Part shown: positions 63,285-64,000 of the stretch, piece by piece
Layout of the letters: every line of letters starts with the position of its first letter
Numbering within the stretch: position 1 is the stretch's first letter
Source: a virus
Length of the DNA stretch: 64,000 bases
Strand: one strand, 5' to 3'
IMG/VR virus record: IMGVR_UViG_3300037044_000228
Coordinates: 35,650-99,649 of that record
The notes under the pieces: generated by a model
What the model saw: only the letters and a program-made list of their open reading frames with translations
The model's database searches: none
Told to the model about the DNA's origin: nothing
Position numbers and translations under genes: made by a program

Positions 63285-64000
63285 CGCGCGCCACCATACG
63301 GCTCGAGCGCGGCGAACGCGCCGGCGCGATCCTTGTGCAGAATGTCGATGCCTTGCCGGTCGTCGGGGTGCGGCAGGCTTTCATCGCGATCCAGCACGAG
63401 CTCGCGATGCACAAGCCGGTAGTGCGGATGGCCGAGGAAGAGGCGGCTGAACTCCATCTTGCGCGCGGTCAGCTGATCTGCGTGACCGTAGGGGCGGGCG
63501 CCCGGCGCGTTCGGCAGGAAGTCTTGCACGATCAACAGGCCGTTGTCGGCGAGCAGCCGGTCGGCTTCCTGCACGGCGGTGAAATAGTCCCCCGGATCCA
63601 GGTACGTCATGAAGAAGCCGAGGATGACAACTCCGGCCGATCCCGATGCGAATGGCGCGGCCAGGCCGGAGGCGATACGCAGGTCAAGACCGCTATAGGC
63701 GGTACTGCCGTCCATGATGGCGGCAGGCGAGAGATCGCAACCGGCGCCGCGTCCGCCGCGGCGCGTGGTGAGGCGATGGAGCCGCGTGCCATCGGCGCAG
63801 CCAATCTCGATCGCGAGATCGTTTGCGAGACCGCGCGGCCAGTTGAGGCGCGCGAGCGCTTCGACAACCTGATCGCTCTTGCGTCCGCGCACATAGGCCT
63901 TGTTGCGGAGCCACCACGCATCGGCGCTCGCGTGATCGAAGACCGTCATCGGGGCGCTCGCGTTGGCGGGGGTAGGGCAGTGGCGAAGACCGTCAGCCAT
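63281..64000 (-). CDS. class I SAM-dependent methyltransferase (start may lie inside or beyond the window)
   Basis: IEIGCADG, GCDLS..AI, EADRLLADNGLLIVQDF. Confidence 0.8.
   Translation of the reverse strand: MADGLRHCPTPANASAPMTVFDHASADAWWLRNKAYVRGRKSDQVVEALARLNWPRGLANDLAIEIGCADGTRLHRLTTRRGGRGAGCDLSPAAIMDGSTAYSGLDLRIASGLAAPFASGSAGVVILGFFMTYLDPGDYFTAVQEADRLLADNGLLIVQDFLPNAPGARPYGHADQLTARKMEFSRLFLGHPHYRLVHRELVLDRDESLPHPDDRQGIDILHKDRAGAFAALEPYGGAR

Noticed and set aside
1-64000. Frequent CGATCG/GCGATCGC as HIP1-like repeats
   Set aside because: Plausibly explained by Ala/Ile codon usage in GC-rich DNA; enrichment cannot be shown without counting.
1-64000. Integrase, att sites, IS elements or host genes
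   Set aside because: None recognised, so lifestyle and genome boundaries cannot be determined from this window.

Overview
High-GC window from a contractile-tailed phage or prophage, probably infecting an Alphaproteobacterium (inferred from gene style only). No integrase, replication genes, rRNA or CRISPR are visible. Layout: the 3' end of a C5 DNA methylase and a few minus-strand genes including ParB (1-3.8 kb); a methylase-like/ParB-like/terminase locus (3.9-8.7 kb); head genes (portal, XkdF-like protease/scaffold, major capsid); neck, sheath, tube, tape measure, baseplate and fibre genes; a lysis cassette ending at about 41 kb; then about 23 kb of minus-strand accessory genes driven by a repeated sigma70-like promoter/box/RBS unit. 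The most striking signal is an identical peptide tag, K|GFGVHGFWNGTEPHRGGGG, encoded three times in the head region. Each copy follows a hydrophobic-x-Lys site and precedes a different basic cargo: a T7-gp0.7-like kinase fused to the portal, an Arg/Ala-rich protein behind a frame break, and a RyR-domain protein. This suggests a protease-activated addressing system for virion-delivered effectors. Other observations: a tRNA-like RNA after the portal, a dispersed 12-mer, a Tad2-like anti-defence gene, several DNA methylases, a sulfotransferase and a second minimal kinase. All family assignments come from motif recognition by eye; no database searches were run.
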